DNA of 64,000 nucleotides from Verrucomicrobiota bacterium (GCA_021772615.1 JAJFLQ010000107.1:19924-83923), one strand, 5' to 3'; counted from the stretch's first letter, positions 8,588 through 18,023 are shown. Made by a program: numbers and translations. The notes: generated by a model from the letters alone, not told the origin.

Positions 8588-10540
8588 TTATCCGATTACT
8601 GCGCGATACGCGCAGTACCATACTAATTCATTGGCAAGCTTCCGACACGCCTTCAATTGCTTCTGATTGGGAAAGTCGACGCCATGAATGCAGACAACAA
8701 ATATCTGGTCCGAACCCGCGAATGTCACAGAATTCTTACCAATATAAAACGTGAACATGTCAGCGGGCGGCAACTGGCTTTGTTTCAGGGCCTTGTGACC
8801 ACGCTTGTAGAGTTGCGGCGCCGCGGCGGAAAGACTGTCGGAGAGCTTGAGAGCCTTGTCGTCTTTCGCCCCCTTCGCCAACACCAGGCCGTCAATGCTG
8901 CTGATAAACATCGCGTCGAGACGAAACGAATCCAGAGCAATCTGCGTGACTTTGTTGAGCGAGACAGTGTCTGAATTGATGCTCAACATCCTGTTCACCT
9001 GCAATTCTGCCGTCCTGATATCAGCACGCGGCTTCAATCGGGCCATGGTCTGATACGTACGGGAACCCAACCCCGTGATCTTCAGCAGATCCTGCAGACG
9101 GTTGAAACGGCCGTGCTTTTCACGGTAATTTATGATCACTTTCGCCAGATGCTCGCCAACGCCGGTCAACAGGCACAACTCGTCGATTCCACCGCGATTT
9201 ACATCAATTCCATTCGGGGCGCGACTACGCCATTCGATGACATCTTCCAAGCCGCTCATAGCGGGTTCATCATCTTTAATGGTACGGTCCTGGGCCGACA
9301 AGTCGGGGGCGAACACGTCATGGGCGGCCTGCCGAATTTCCTGAACCAGGTTGCCGTCATCAGCCGGCTCCGCTGCGCGCGGCGCAGAGAGTGCTACGGC
9401 CGGACGCGGTTTAGGTTGTTCCAACTCGGCCGGTGCAACGGGCGACGGCGCAACAGCAGCGACTGGCACGGCGGGGGCGGCAACAGGTACAGGCGGTGGC
9501 GGTACTGGTGCTGCCGGGGCAACCGGTACAGGAGGTGGCGGTGCTGGCGCTGCCGGGGCAACCGGTTCAGGAGGCGGCGCCGGTTCAGGAACCGGCGCCG
9601 GCGCGGCGACAGGAACGGCGCGCGGCGGCGCTACCGGAGGCTGAACAACCGGCGTCGACGGCGCGAATGCAGACGAAATGACGGGCTCATCAGCCTCCAT
9701 TGGCTCTTCGTCAGGCATCATTGGCGTTTGCATAATCGCGGCCTCCGGCGTCGCGGCCAGGGGCGGTGACGGGGCAATCTCTACCGGCTCCTCTACCGGT
9801 GTTGCCTCCATCGCCGGCGTATGATCTTCGTCGGCAACAGGTACAGGTTCGTCTTCGGTCATTGCAGACGCAGGCAGATCCGGGAAAAGGTCTTCCATTT
9901 CGGCAACCATCTCCTCCTGCGAACAGTCTTGCGCACGAGTCTCAAACCATGCCGGGGGCACGTGCGGCAAGAGCTCCATCAACGGCAACTCGACCTTCTG
10001 ATCGTAAAACAAGGTCACGTTTTCCTGAAATATATTAAACGGCAATTTGTTGACGAGTTCGCCAATCTTGATCTCTACCTGGCCGATAGACAGGCCGTAC
10101 ATCACTTCGGATTTTTCAAACGGAAAGACAAAATCCTCATGATTGCTGTAGCCTGAGATGATTTCGTCCACCGTGGCATTAAGGAGTTCCGCAGGGAACA
10201 CTGCCAGGATAGCCCCGGCTGGAACGTATATTGTGTTCACATCCGCTGGCGGCGCATACTCCGGCTCAGCTTCAACGGCAACCTCCTCGGCAACGGCATC
10301 ACCGGAGAAATAGTCGTCCATTGGATCGCCGTCGTCGTCATCATCGCCTATGATTGAGTTGATCTCGGCCAGCTTCGATATGATGTCCTCCGGATTCTCG
10401 ACCGATTCAGCCTCATAATCGGGCTCCATGTCGACCGTGTGGCCGGCTATGACCGGCGCCTCCGCCGCCTCCGGAACTTCCGGCTCCATTTCGGGCTTGT
10501 CCTTCTTTCCGAAAATTCCGAATATACCTTTTTTAAACAT
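8588..10540 (-). CDS. multidomain protein: acidic N-terminus, Pro/Ala-rich linker, ComEA-like helix-hairpin-helix domain, C-terminal Roadblock/LC7-like domain
   Basis: The HhH segment (IDVNRGGIDELCLLTGVGEHLAKVIINYREKHGRFNRLQDLLKITGLG) matches the ComEA HhH pattern. The C-terminal ~110 aa (FISSIDGLVLAKG...IFVVCIHG) fits the Roadblock/MglB pattern. The gene is divergent from mglA. Confidence 0.8.
   Translation of the reverse strand: MFKKGIFGIFGKKDKPEMEPEVPEAAEAPVIAGHTVDMEPDYEAESVENPEDIISKLAEINSIIGDDDDDGDPMDDYFSGDAVAEEVAVEAEPEYAPPADVNTIYVPAGAILAVFPAELLNATVDEIISGYSNHEDFVFPFEKSEVMYGLSIGQVEIKIGELVNKLPFNIFQENVTLFYDQKVELPLMELLPHVPPAWFETRAQDCSQEEMVAEMEDLFPDLPASAMTEDEPVPVADEDHTPAMEATPVEEPVEIAPSPPLAATPEAAIMQTPMMPDEEPMEADEPVISSAFAPSTPVVQPPVAPPRAVPVAAPAPVPEPAPPPEPVAPAAPAPPPPVPVAPAAPVPPPPVPVAAPAVPVAAVAPSPVAPAELEQPKPRPAVALSAPRAAEPADDGNLVQEIRQAAHDVFAPDLSAQDRTIKDDEPAMSGLEDVIEWRSRAPNGIDVNRGGIDELCLLTGVGEHLAKVIINYREKHGRFNRLQDLLKITGLGSRTYQTMARLKPRADIRTAELQVNRMLSINSDTVSLNKVTQIALDSFRLDAMFISSIDGLVLAKGAKDDKALKLSDSLSAAAPQLYKRGHKALKQSQLPPADMFTFYIGKNSVTFAGSDQIFVVCIHGVDFPNQKQLKACRKLANELVWYCAYRAVIG
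9486..9580. repeat. in-frame 39-bp tandem repeat (2 full copies plus a degenerate third) encoding a PVPVAPAAP(A/V)PPP linker
   Basis: Units at 9486-9524 and 9525-9563 differ at 3 of 39 positions. A degenerate continuation runs to about 9580. Confidence 0.85.
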
Positions 10541-10941
10541 GTCAAATCCTTTGCCTGTAGCTACTTGGATCCGGGCCGCTCGACGGAATTGGTGGGGTAA
10601 TGTGCAGACCTGGACTGGGAATGAATATAAATGACCTTAAAATAATAGTCAATTTGTTCTGTTTTCTCTTGCAAAAACAATTTAGACTTCTAAGCTTGAT
10701 ATTGAAAGTATAGAATTTAAGATTTGCCTGTTGCTAAAGTATTTAAAGCCTGAACCGGAGCTGAGTTTCCTCACGCATAGATAGTACCAATCCTGGAATC
10801 AACGAGTACGATACGGACAACAACCTAACGCCGTTCCGCACGCGGCGCGGCCAGGCGGCGATGCCTGAATCTGCTCGCACGCACTGTTCGCCCGAAAATC
10901 CGGTCGCCCTCAAGAATCCCTACTAACCATACCCTGATGCC

Positions 10942-11535
10942 ATGGCTGTCGTAAACTACGCGAAGAAAGAGATTCAATTCAAGATCGTCTACTACGGTTG
11001 CGGATTGTGCGGCAAAACCACCAATCTTCAGAAGGTCCATGCCTGTGTACCTGCCAAGGCAAAAGGAAACCTGACGTCGCTGGCCACTAGTCAGGACCGA
11101 ACCTTGTTCTTCGACTTTCTACCGCTTCAAACGATGTCAATCGAAGGGTTTGTGACCAAATTTCAGATGTACACAGTGCCCGGACAGGTCAAATATAACA
11201 GTACACGTCGGCTCGTGCTTCGAAATTGCGACGGCGTTGTGTTTTGTGTCGACTCTCAGGTAAGCAAAACTCAGGAGAATCTCGAAAGTTGGGAAAATCT
11301 CAAGGAGAATTTGAGTTTACAGAAAGACATTCTGGACGAAATGCCGCATGTCCTCCAATACAACAAACGTGACCTTCCTAACATCAGCCCGCAGGCATAT
11401 CTGGACTATGTATTGAACAACGGCGAGAAACGGATTCCGACGTTCATGGCTTCCGCCTTTAAGGGAGAAGGTGTGATCGAGACCCTAAACGCAGTCGCCA
11501 AACTGGTTCTACAGGACTTTATCGAGAAGCATTAA
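10942..11535 (+). CDS. mglA: MglA-family Ras-like small GTPase (mutual gliding motility protein A type)
   Basis: Full-length collinearity with Myxococcus MglA. Shared motifs: KIVYYGCGLCGKTTNL P-loop, TLFFDFLP, the MglA-specific YTVPGQV switch II, and NKRD. Confidence 0.95.
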   Translation: MAVVNYAKKEIQFKIVYYGCGLCGKTTNLQKVHACVPAKAKGNLTSLATSQDRTLFFDFLPLQTMSIEGFVTKFQMYTVPGQVKYNSTRRLVLRNCDGVVFCVDSQVSKTQENLESWENLKENLSLQKDILDEMPHVLQYNKRDLPNISPQAYLDYVLNNGEKRIPTFMASAFKGEGVIETLNAVAKLVLQDFIEKH

Positions 11536-11657
11536 GCGTTTGGATTTGTGGATTTTGTCCTGAATTTTCTACTGCAGGGGAGTGCAGTAGTATTCCGCTC
11601 CATAGATTACGCGAGCGGCACTAACGGCAACGTATTGAAATAGGATTCACCGGCCCT

Positions 11658-12128
11658 ATGGGGTTCATGCTCAAAGACCTGGAGTACGGTCAGCTAAAAC
11701 AGGATCTGGACGAGTTTCTAACCAATTCCGAGGCTCAGACTGTACTTCTGTGTGATCGCGGCGGTAATGTCATCGTAAGCAGTGGTGAAGCATTTATCGA
11801 CACTATCGACATGATCTCGGCGCTGGTCGCCGGTGCGTTCGCCGCCACGAAAGAATTAGCCGGCATACTCGGAGAGAACGAATTTACGGCAATTTTCCAT
11901 CAAGGCGCCAAGATCAGCATTTTCATTTCGGCCGTGGGTGAAGAGGTGATACTGCTGGCTATTTTCACCGACGAAACCAATGCTGGTTTGGTCAAAATGT
12001 ATGCCCTCACAACATGCCGCAAATTCAGCAATCTGTTTAAAGACATTATGTCTCGAAAACAGATCAAAATCGACGATCCCACCCAGTCATTTCAACTCGC
12101 CAAGGGACCGATCTTCCAGGAAGATTAG
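11658..12128 (+). CDS. mglB: MglB-like Roadblock/LC7 domain protein (putative MglA GAP)
   Basis: 156 aa, directly downstream of mglA. Roadblock pattern present (VLLCDRGGNVIVSSG ... ISALVAGAFAATKEL ... LLAIFTDETNAGLV). Confidence 0.85.
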   Translation: MGFMLKDLEYGQLKQDLDEFLTNSEAQTVLLCDRGGNVIVSSGEAFIDTIDMISALVAGAFAATKELAGILGENEFTAIFHQGAKISIFISAVGEEVILLAIFTDETNAGLVKMYALTTCRKFSNLFKDIMSRKQIKIDDPTQSFQLAKGPIFQED

Positions 12129-12180
12129 TCAACCAGCCACCCAGCGACCGACTGTACCTTTTGCACTGCCTGCACCTGCG

Positions 12181-15100
12181 TTACTCTCTGCGCAATGCCG
12201 ATATCAACTCCCGCCGGGTAGCAATACACGTCGCCGTCCATGTCCACACTACGCCGCCGAGAAACAACCCCACTACGACCCCTGCGATCAGTAGCCATGG
12301 CGGCGTTGCTCCGGGGGCGAGCAATAGCGGCAATATCGCAACAAGAGACGACAATAGGCCGCATCCGAGCCCGATCAACAGCAAGAAGACATTCTCGCTT
12401 AATACCAATCGGCGTATCATCCCTGCTTTGAATCCAATGACGGTCAGGATTGCCAGCTCGGATTCGCGCTCCAAAACGTTGCGAAAAATAATGATACCGA
12501 GCCCGATCGTACCAAGAAGGAGTCCCAAACCGCCCAAGACCTGAAATATCGTGATATAGGTATTCTGTACCCGATTAAACAATTCCAGACGTTCCCGAGT
12601 CTCGGAGATCTCGACACCGGCGGTCGCGTAGCGTCGGATCAATGCGGCGCTCACGTCCGCAACCGCGTCGGCGGGTACGTCGACAAGCAACATTCTGTAG
12701 CCTGCTACGGTTGAGAACGACCGTCTCAATCGAGCGGCATCCGCGATAAGCACCCCTTGAAAAATACTGTTGGTAAGGGTTGCCACTAACTTGAATTTTA
12801 CAATATTCCCGCGGTCATCGCGGTGTTCCAGCGTATCTCCAAGCCGTCGTTTCAGAGCGTACAACATCGTCGCCTTGTCGGTGACAACGGGGATGACATT
12901 GTCACCGTAGTCTCGTGACAGAAGGTGCCATGGCCCCGCGTTGTCATCAGCCAATGTCGACGCGAAGCTGAACGGACGATCGGTAAATTGATCGGGATCT
13001 ATGCCGACAACACGCGGCTGCTGTGCCTGACTGAGATTCAGGCAACTGGCGTCGTCACCGTCCAGTATCTGGATCGCCGCCATATTGTCGCCGGCGACGC
13101 CATCCAGCCCCCACCCTTTCGACACGTCGCCGGGCTCCGGCTCACCATCGGGATAGACCGGCAACGTCATCTCGGCGATCAACCGGTAACCGCCCGTGGA
13201 AGCGCCTGCTGATGTATCATCGAATCCTGCTGTCAGGCGTTGCGATTCCAGAGCGATCAAGAGAAATGTCCCGCAAGCCACCATGGCGACAACGGCCATG
13301 CTGCGATTGCGACAACGCCCCAGATTACGAATACCAAGGATTACAGGTGTGATCACACCTGTCCTGCATGTTGCCAGATAGCGAAAAAGGCCGGCCGCTG
13401 AGGCAAGCCCGCAAACCAGCCAGAGCGCCCCTGACACCATAAACCCAATCGCACCGGACGGATCGACTTCCGGCTGGATCTGAAACGGCATGAACGCCGC
13501 AAGGATCCCACTTCCAACCGCAATGAGAAGGTGGCGGCGCCATTGCCCGGCAAATTGGTCACGGGTCCAGAGCGCCCCCGATTCTGCTCCCCTGAGCGCT
13601 ACGGCAGGCGGCACCCGTCGAATCCTGCACAGGTAGGCGTACACGACAATTGTCACCGCGCCAAGACTGAGGGCCGCGCCAAGCACCAGTGTGCCCGGAT
13701 TCGTATAAGGCAATATCGTCGCGCTTCCCGCAGCACCGCTCCAAACGGTCGACAGCGCCGAGGCCATGATCCGCATGTAACCAACGCCGAGAACTGCGCC
13801 GATCGCAACGGCGGGAAAGGCAATGAACAGGGACTCGATGAGATAATATCGCGAAATCCAGGAGGGTGGAAATCCCAACACTTTCAATGCGGCCTGCTCG
13901 CCGGCCCTGCGGTCGAGCCCGAGTTGAAAGAGAAGACCGGTAAGGCAAAGGGCGCCAACAATCAGAAAAAAGCTCAAACCGGCGAACAACATGCTGAAAT
14001 CGACGGCGCCGACGACCGCGGCATCGGCAAGATCGCGGACTGGAACAAAGGCAAACCCAAGAGCAGCCGGATCGAGTGCGGTCGCCAGCCGATCACAAAC
14101 ATCCGTGTCGTTTTCACCCGCACTCGATATGCGGATCGCAGTCAGGCTGCCAAATCGATTGCGCCAGATGCGCTGACCGGTCTCCAGGCTTATCAACGCC
14201 TTAGGCGTTGGCCCGTACGCCTGCCAGTAATCCTCGTCATGATCGCGAATTCGTTCGAGATCAATCGGGACACCCAGATTCCAATCGCTACAGTGCGCCT
14301 CATCACTGAGCCCGGGAATGGAGGGCGCCAGCTTGCCCAGGGCGGCGATACTCGCCGTCGGCAGGATTCGGGAAACGGTAAAGTCATACTCGGCGGTCCG
14401 CAACGAACCGGTGCGGTCAGCGGTGAAGTATCTTAGCGTAACCTGGCTGCCTGCCGAGACGCCAAGGTCCTCCGCGGTCCAGTCGCTCAGTACGATCTCG
14501 CCCGGTCCGATAACATCGCCCCCGGGCGCCGTTTCACTCATCGCCGTAACCATCGAATACGGTGTCGACCGGTCCCCTGCCGTCAGATCAGTAACAAAAT
14601 ACGTCAGAAAACCTCGTGCCCCCGGATGCACGGCACGTACCGCAGGCATCACGCTGTCAGGGAGAAATACCCGCGAGGTTTCTATCTGCGTGCTGCCATC
14701 TGGCGTGGCGACACATGACAATCCAGCATCCTCAACGGTAAAGACCTGGCGCAACAGCCGGCGCATCTCGATTACTGGCAGATCACCGGTTTTGGGCCTG
14801 GCAATGAGCATCATATTTTCCCTGCCGTCACGATCTATGACCCTTTGCAACATACGCTTAGAAACAAACGCATTCTTGGGCGGCAGTTGGCTGACATCAA
14901 GATTCATATTGCCAAGATCTTCGGCACCAATGATGTGTGCGACCTTCAGCCTGAGTACAGTGTGTGAATCAGCATCCACGGACAATGACATGTCGCGATG
15001 GACAGCACCGGGCCGGTCAATACGCAGAACCACGACGTCCCCCACGGCAACGCCTAGGCGCGCAGCGACTTCCCGGTTGAGTACGACGCTTTGCTCGTCC

Positions 15101-15498
15101 ACGCCGAACCCCGTCGCGTCCGCCATGGCGAATCGATGAAAAGCATCGTCAATGCCCCAGAGCCGTACCTCACCGACCTGACGTGAGGTCTCCGGATGCA
15201 CCGCAACGGCCCGCAGTGCCACCACCCCGGCGATGTCGGCTTCAATGCCGGCGGCCAATTCGGTGACCAAACGCCCGCGGAAAAAGCGATCTCCGGCCGA
15301 CAGCACGTGATGTACCTTGCCGAGCCGTTGCGTACGGATATGCCTGAGAGAGTGACGAACGGAATCGCCTACAAGCAACGCTCCGACGAGGACCGCGCTG
15401 GTCGTTGCCACACCGAGCGCAGCTGCACCGACAGAAAATCGATGATACAACACGCTACGGTATAACATTTTACCAATATGCATAAGTATCCAATCCAA
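12181..15498 (-). CDS. large FtsX/MacB-type ABC transporter permease (two FtsX domains)
   Basis: 1105 aa with an N-terminal TM, large periplasmic domains, and two 3-4 TM FtsX-like blocks including the C-terminal one (IFQVLGGLGLLLGTIGLGII...). Confidence 0.85.
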   Translation of the reverse strand: MDWILMHIGKMLYRSVLYHRFSVGAAALGVATTSAVLVGALLVGDSVRHSLRHIRTQRLGKVHHVLSAGDRFFRGRLVTELAAGIEADIAGVVALRAVAVHPETSRQVGEVRLWGIDDAFHRFAMADATGFGVDEQSVVLNREVAARLGVAVGDVVVLRIDRPGAVHRDMSLSVDADSHTVLRLKVAHIIGAEDLGNMNLDVSQLPPKNAFVSKRMLQRVIDRDGRENMMLIARPKTGDLPVIEMRRLLRQVFTVEDAGLSCVATPDGSTQIETSRVFLPDSVMPAVRAVHPGARGFLTYFVTDLTAGDRSTPYSMVTAMSETAPGGDVIGPGEIVLSDWTAEDLGVSAGSQVTLRYFTADRTGSLRTAEYDFTVSRILPTASIAALGKLAPSIPGLSDEAHCSDWNLGVPIDLERIRDHDEDYWQAYGPTPKALISLETGQRIWRNRFGSLTAIRISSAGENDTDVCDRLATALDPAALGFAFVPVRDLADAAVVGAVDFSMLFAGLSFFLIVGALCLTGLLFQLGLDRRAGEQAALKVLGFPPSWISRYYLIESLFIAFPAVAIGAVLGVGYMRIMASALSTVWSGAAGSATILPYTNPGTLVLGAALSLGAVTIVVYAYLCRIRRVPPAVALRGAESGALWTRDQFAGQWRRHLLIAVGSGILAAFMPFQIQPEVDPSGAIGFMVSGALWLVCGLASAAGLFRYLATCRTGVITPVILGIRNLGRCRNRSMAVVAMVACGTFLLIALESQRLTAGFDDTSAGASTGGYRLIAEMTLPVYPDGEPEPGDVSKGWGLDGVAGDNMAAIQILDGDDASCLNLSQAQQPRVVGIDPDQFTDRPFSFASTLADDNAGPWHLLSRDYGDNVIPVVTDKATMLYALKRRLGDTLEHRDDRGNIVKFKLVATLTNSIFQGVLIADAARLRRSFSTVAGYRMLLVDVPADAVADVSAALIRRYATAGVEISETRERLELFNRVQNTYITIFQVLGGLGLLLGTIGLGIIIFRNVLERESELAILTVIGFKAGMIRRLVLSENVFLLLIGLGCGLLSSLVAILPLLLAPGATPPWLLIAGVVVGLFLGGVVWTWTATCIATRRELISALRRE

Positions 15499-15726
15499 AG
15501 CCCGGACGTGCCGATTCGACGGCGCGTTCGAACGTGAATAAGGTTGAAGACAGCGAGATTCGCTCGTATATTATATTTTTCGGAATTCGGTAGGCCAGTA
15601 CCACCGATCCGTCCAGAGTTACAATTTTCTACCACGCTCAACTGCGGGCTTGGGTCGGCTACGCGGCGCAACGTACTGTATTCAGGCAGCGTCCGTACTA
15701 AACGCCCGCAAACAAGGAGTCATCCA

Positions 15727-16899
15727 TTGTCGTCCGAAGATTTCGACGCAAGACACCCACACATCGCAGCGCTGAAGCGGAAGTATCTCCCCATCCTGCT
15801 GGCCAATTTCACTGGCCTCGTCCTTACAGTCGCCGTGTATATAGGGTTTCACAACCTCGAACGAGACCTGAGTAAACAGGAGTTCGAACGAAAAGCCCGT
15901 GATCTCGCCATACTCATCGAAAGTTTGAAGAATGATTATTGGGAAAACATTTACGCAGCCGATGACCCGAAACTGTTGTCAATGCGGCAAGTCTTCGATC
16001 ACTATGCCGTCACAACCCTAAAGAAATACGTTGCACTCGACACTATAGCATGGCTGCCGCAGGTGGATGTGGATGATCGGTCCGCATTCGATCGATACCT
16101 ATATAGAATAGGATTGGAGAACTTTAAAATTATGGCGTACGACTCCGAAGGAAGAGTCGTGCCCGCACCTGAATCGGGGACGCACTTTCCGGTATTGGCA
16201 GTCAGGGCCCGGAGCGATTCCATGTATTTTCCCGGCTTCGACGTAGCCTCTGTACCGATGTTGCAACCGTTGATGCACGATGCGTCATCCAGACACCAGA
16301 TCACGGCGAGCGGAAAAATCTACCGTAATCCGAAACAGAAGAAGGGGGCCAGCATTGCGGTCCTCCTGGCCGCCGGCGGCGTTGACTCCGGCACCGCAAA
16401 ACCAAACCTGACATCGTGGTCCGAAGGTTTGATTTTCGGATTGATTGATCTGGATGTCCTGATGCAGGAGATCTTCAAGCGGTTCGACGGGCGATTGGAT
16501 GTCGAATATGTCCTTGTCGACAATAGTGCCAAAGGAGATGATCGACTGCTGTTCGCGTCGTCGTCGATAAAATTCCGCGACGTCGAAACCCTACTGACGT
16601 GGTTTCAAAGCGGCACATACACCAAGAAATCTCTTAATGTCGGCGGTCGCCACTGGGAGCTAATGTGCAGACCAACGCGACACTTTGTGAAGAGCGAAAA
16701 TCACCTCATCACCCGCGGCGTGATCGCATTGGCCATCGTCATGACCACTGTGTTCCTGCTGTACCTTTACGAATTGAACCGGCATTTGGCCGGCGCAAAG
16801 GCAGTGGTTCGACAACTTGAGGCCACAACCCGGGAGCTGGACCAAGCTACGGCGGAACTGAAAACCTGCCGTAAGGAGCTAAGTGAATTGAAGTCATAA
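15727..16899 (+). CDS. membrane-anchored CHASE-domain sensor protein lacking an output domain
   Basis: Architecture is TM, CHASE-like periplasmic domain (IAWLPQVDVDDRSAFDRYL...HFPVLAV), second TM, then only a ~50-aa coiled coil. Proposed TTG start at 15727 lies 7 nt after AAGGAG; the track ORF begins at 15544. Confidence 0.7.
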   Translation: MSSEDFDARHPHIAALKRKYLPILLANFTGLVLTVAVYIGFHNLERDLSKQEFERKARDLAILIESLKNDYWENIYAADDPKLLSMRQVFDHYAVTTLKKYVALDTIAWLPQVDVDDRSAFDRYLYRIGLENFKIMAYDSEGRVVPAPESGTHFPVLAVRARSDSMYFPGFDVASVPMLQPLMHDASSRHQITASGKIYRNPKQKKGASIAVLLAAGGVDSGTAKPNLTSWSEGLIFGLIDLDVLMQEIFKRFDGRLDVEYVLVDNSAKGDDRLLFASSSIKFRDVETLLTWFQSGTYTKKSLNVGGRHWELMCRPTRHFVKSENHLITRGVIALAIVMTTVFLLYLYELNRHLAGAKAVVRQLEATTRELDQATAELKTCRKELSELKS

Positions 16900-17202
16900 T
16901 TGCAAGAAAAAACGGTCCGATGCCCTGAAACCCCTCAAGACGGATATTTCACAGGCACGATGTTGGCACGACGACGCGTCTACAACATGGCCGGACCGTT
17001 TGCCCCATCGTTTGCGTTTGCCGAGTCAATCGAATGGATGGCGCGTGTACGTGCGCATGGCATGCTGTCTGCAAATACCGGAGTGGTCGAGCTCCGCCGT
17101 CGACTTCACCTATCAAACAAGAGCCTGGAACGCGCTGCGGCTGCGGGAGAATATCTGCGTGTTGTGCGCGAGCACGGCAGAATACCCTGTAGACAGCCGT
17201 AG
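16900..17202 (+). pseudogene. C-terminal remnant of a family-2 glycosyltransferase
   Basis: The 100-codon ORF has no ATG and begins at a TTG right after the CHASE stop. It matches only the C-terminal GT2 pattern (GYFTGTMLARRRVYNMAGPF...ESIEWMARVRAHG...VVELRRRLHLSN...EYLRVV). The catalytic N-terminal DxD half is absent. Confidence 0.5.
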
Positions 17203-17264
17203 CTGGGGTTTGGTATGCGACGCTACCGGCCCTGCCGAATTTGGGACTCGACATGTCGATGCGG

Positions 17265-18023
17265 TTAGCTGGATGTCGCGCCGTGCCGCGAGACATCCTT
17301 TTCCACCGGATCACCGTATTCGTCTGCAGCGACTATCGTGCCGCTTCGAAGCAAATAGATTCGATCAAGTCGCCGAGCCAGATCCATCGAATGCGTTGCA
17401 ACAATCAGGCTGATTCCCTCTTCTTGATTCAGCTCTATCAGCAACGACCCTAACTTCGTTGCCGTGAAGTGATCAAGGGCGCCTGTCGGCTCATCGGCCA
17501 ACACCAACCCCGGTGAATTTATGAGGGCCCGTACGACAGCGACACGTTGTCGCTCGCCTCCGGAAAGCTGTACCGGGTGCTGATCAATGCACGATTCCAG
17601 CCCGACTCGACGCAACAACCGTAACGCGGTTGAGCGCGCAAGCTTACCTGTTAGCGGGCTGCCCGGAACCAGCGTAGGCAACAGGACATTCTCCATCACG
17701 GTGCATTGCGGAAGCAGGTGGTGATCCTGAAAAACCAGTCCGATATCCCGGTTGCGCAACCGCGCAAGTTCGGTATCGGCGAGGCCGGCAATATCCTTCC
17801 CGCGCAAGAAAACGCGTCCCGAACTGGGCCGGTCCACTGCGCCCATAATATTCAACAACGTGCTCTTACCAACTCCGGACGGCCCAACGATCGCGGCGGA
17901 CTCACCCGCGTTCAACCTGAAATTGACGCGATCCAGTATGGTCCGCTCACCGCTCTCAGTATTCCCGCCGCGGTAACGTTTAGATACGTCGGCAAGCTTC
18001 AGGATTAGTTTTGTTTCTTGCAT
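17265..18023 (-). CDS. ABC transporter ATP-binding protein (MacB/LolD-like)
   Basis: Walker A GPSGVGKST, signature LSGGERQR, and Walker B LVLADEPTG. Confidence 0.95.
   Translation of the reverse strand: MQETKLILKLADVSKRYRGGNTESGERTILDRVNFRLNAGESAAIVGPSGVGKSTLLNIMGAVDRPSSGRVFLRGKDIAGLADTELARLRNRDIGLVFQDHHLLPQCTVMENVLLPTLVPGSPLTGKLARSTALRLLRRVGLESCIDQHPVQLSGGERQRVAVVRALINSPGLVLADEPTGALDHFTATKLGSLLIELNQEEGISLIVATHSMDLARRLDRIYLLRSGTIVAADEYGDPVEKDVSRHGATSS

Noticed and set aside
9113-9769. Arg/Gly-rich plus-strand ORFs (218, 97 and 82 aa) over the Pro/Ala-rich region.
   Set aside because: They are mirror frames of the GC-rich proline-codon repeats on the minus strand. The extreme RRR/GGG composition is the expected artefact.
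11569-11590. An 8-bp hairpin (CTACTGCA-GGGGAG-TGCAGTAG) between mglA and mglB.
   Set aside because: There is no U-tract after it, and mglB is expected to be co-transcribed. At most it is an mRNA processing or stability element, so I did not call it a terminator.
13531-15139. Long plus-strand ORFs (301 and 273 aa) inside the ABC permease gene.
   Set aside because: They are antisense shadow ORFs in high-GC coding DNA. The minus-strand product has coherent FtsX topology across the whole region.
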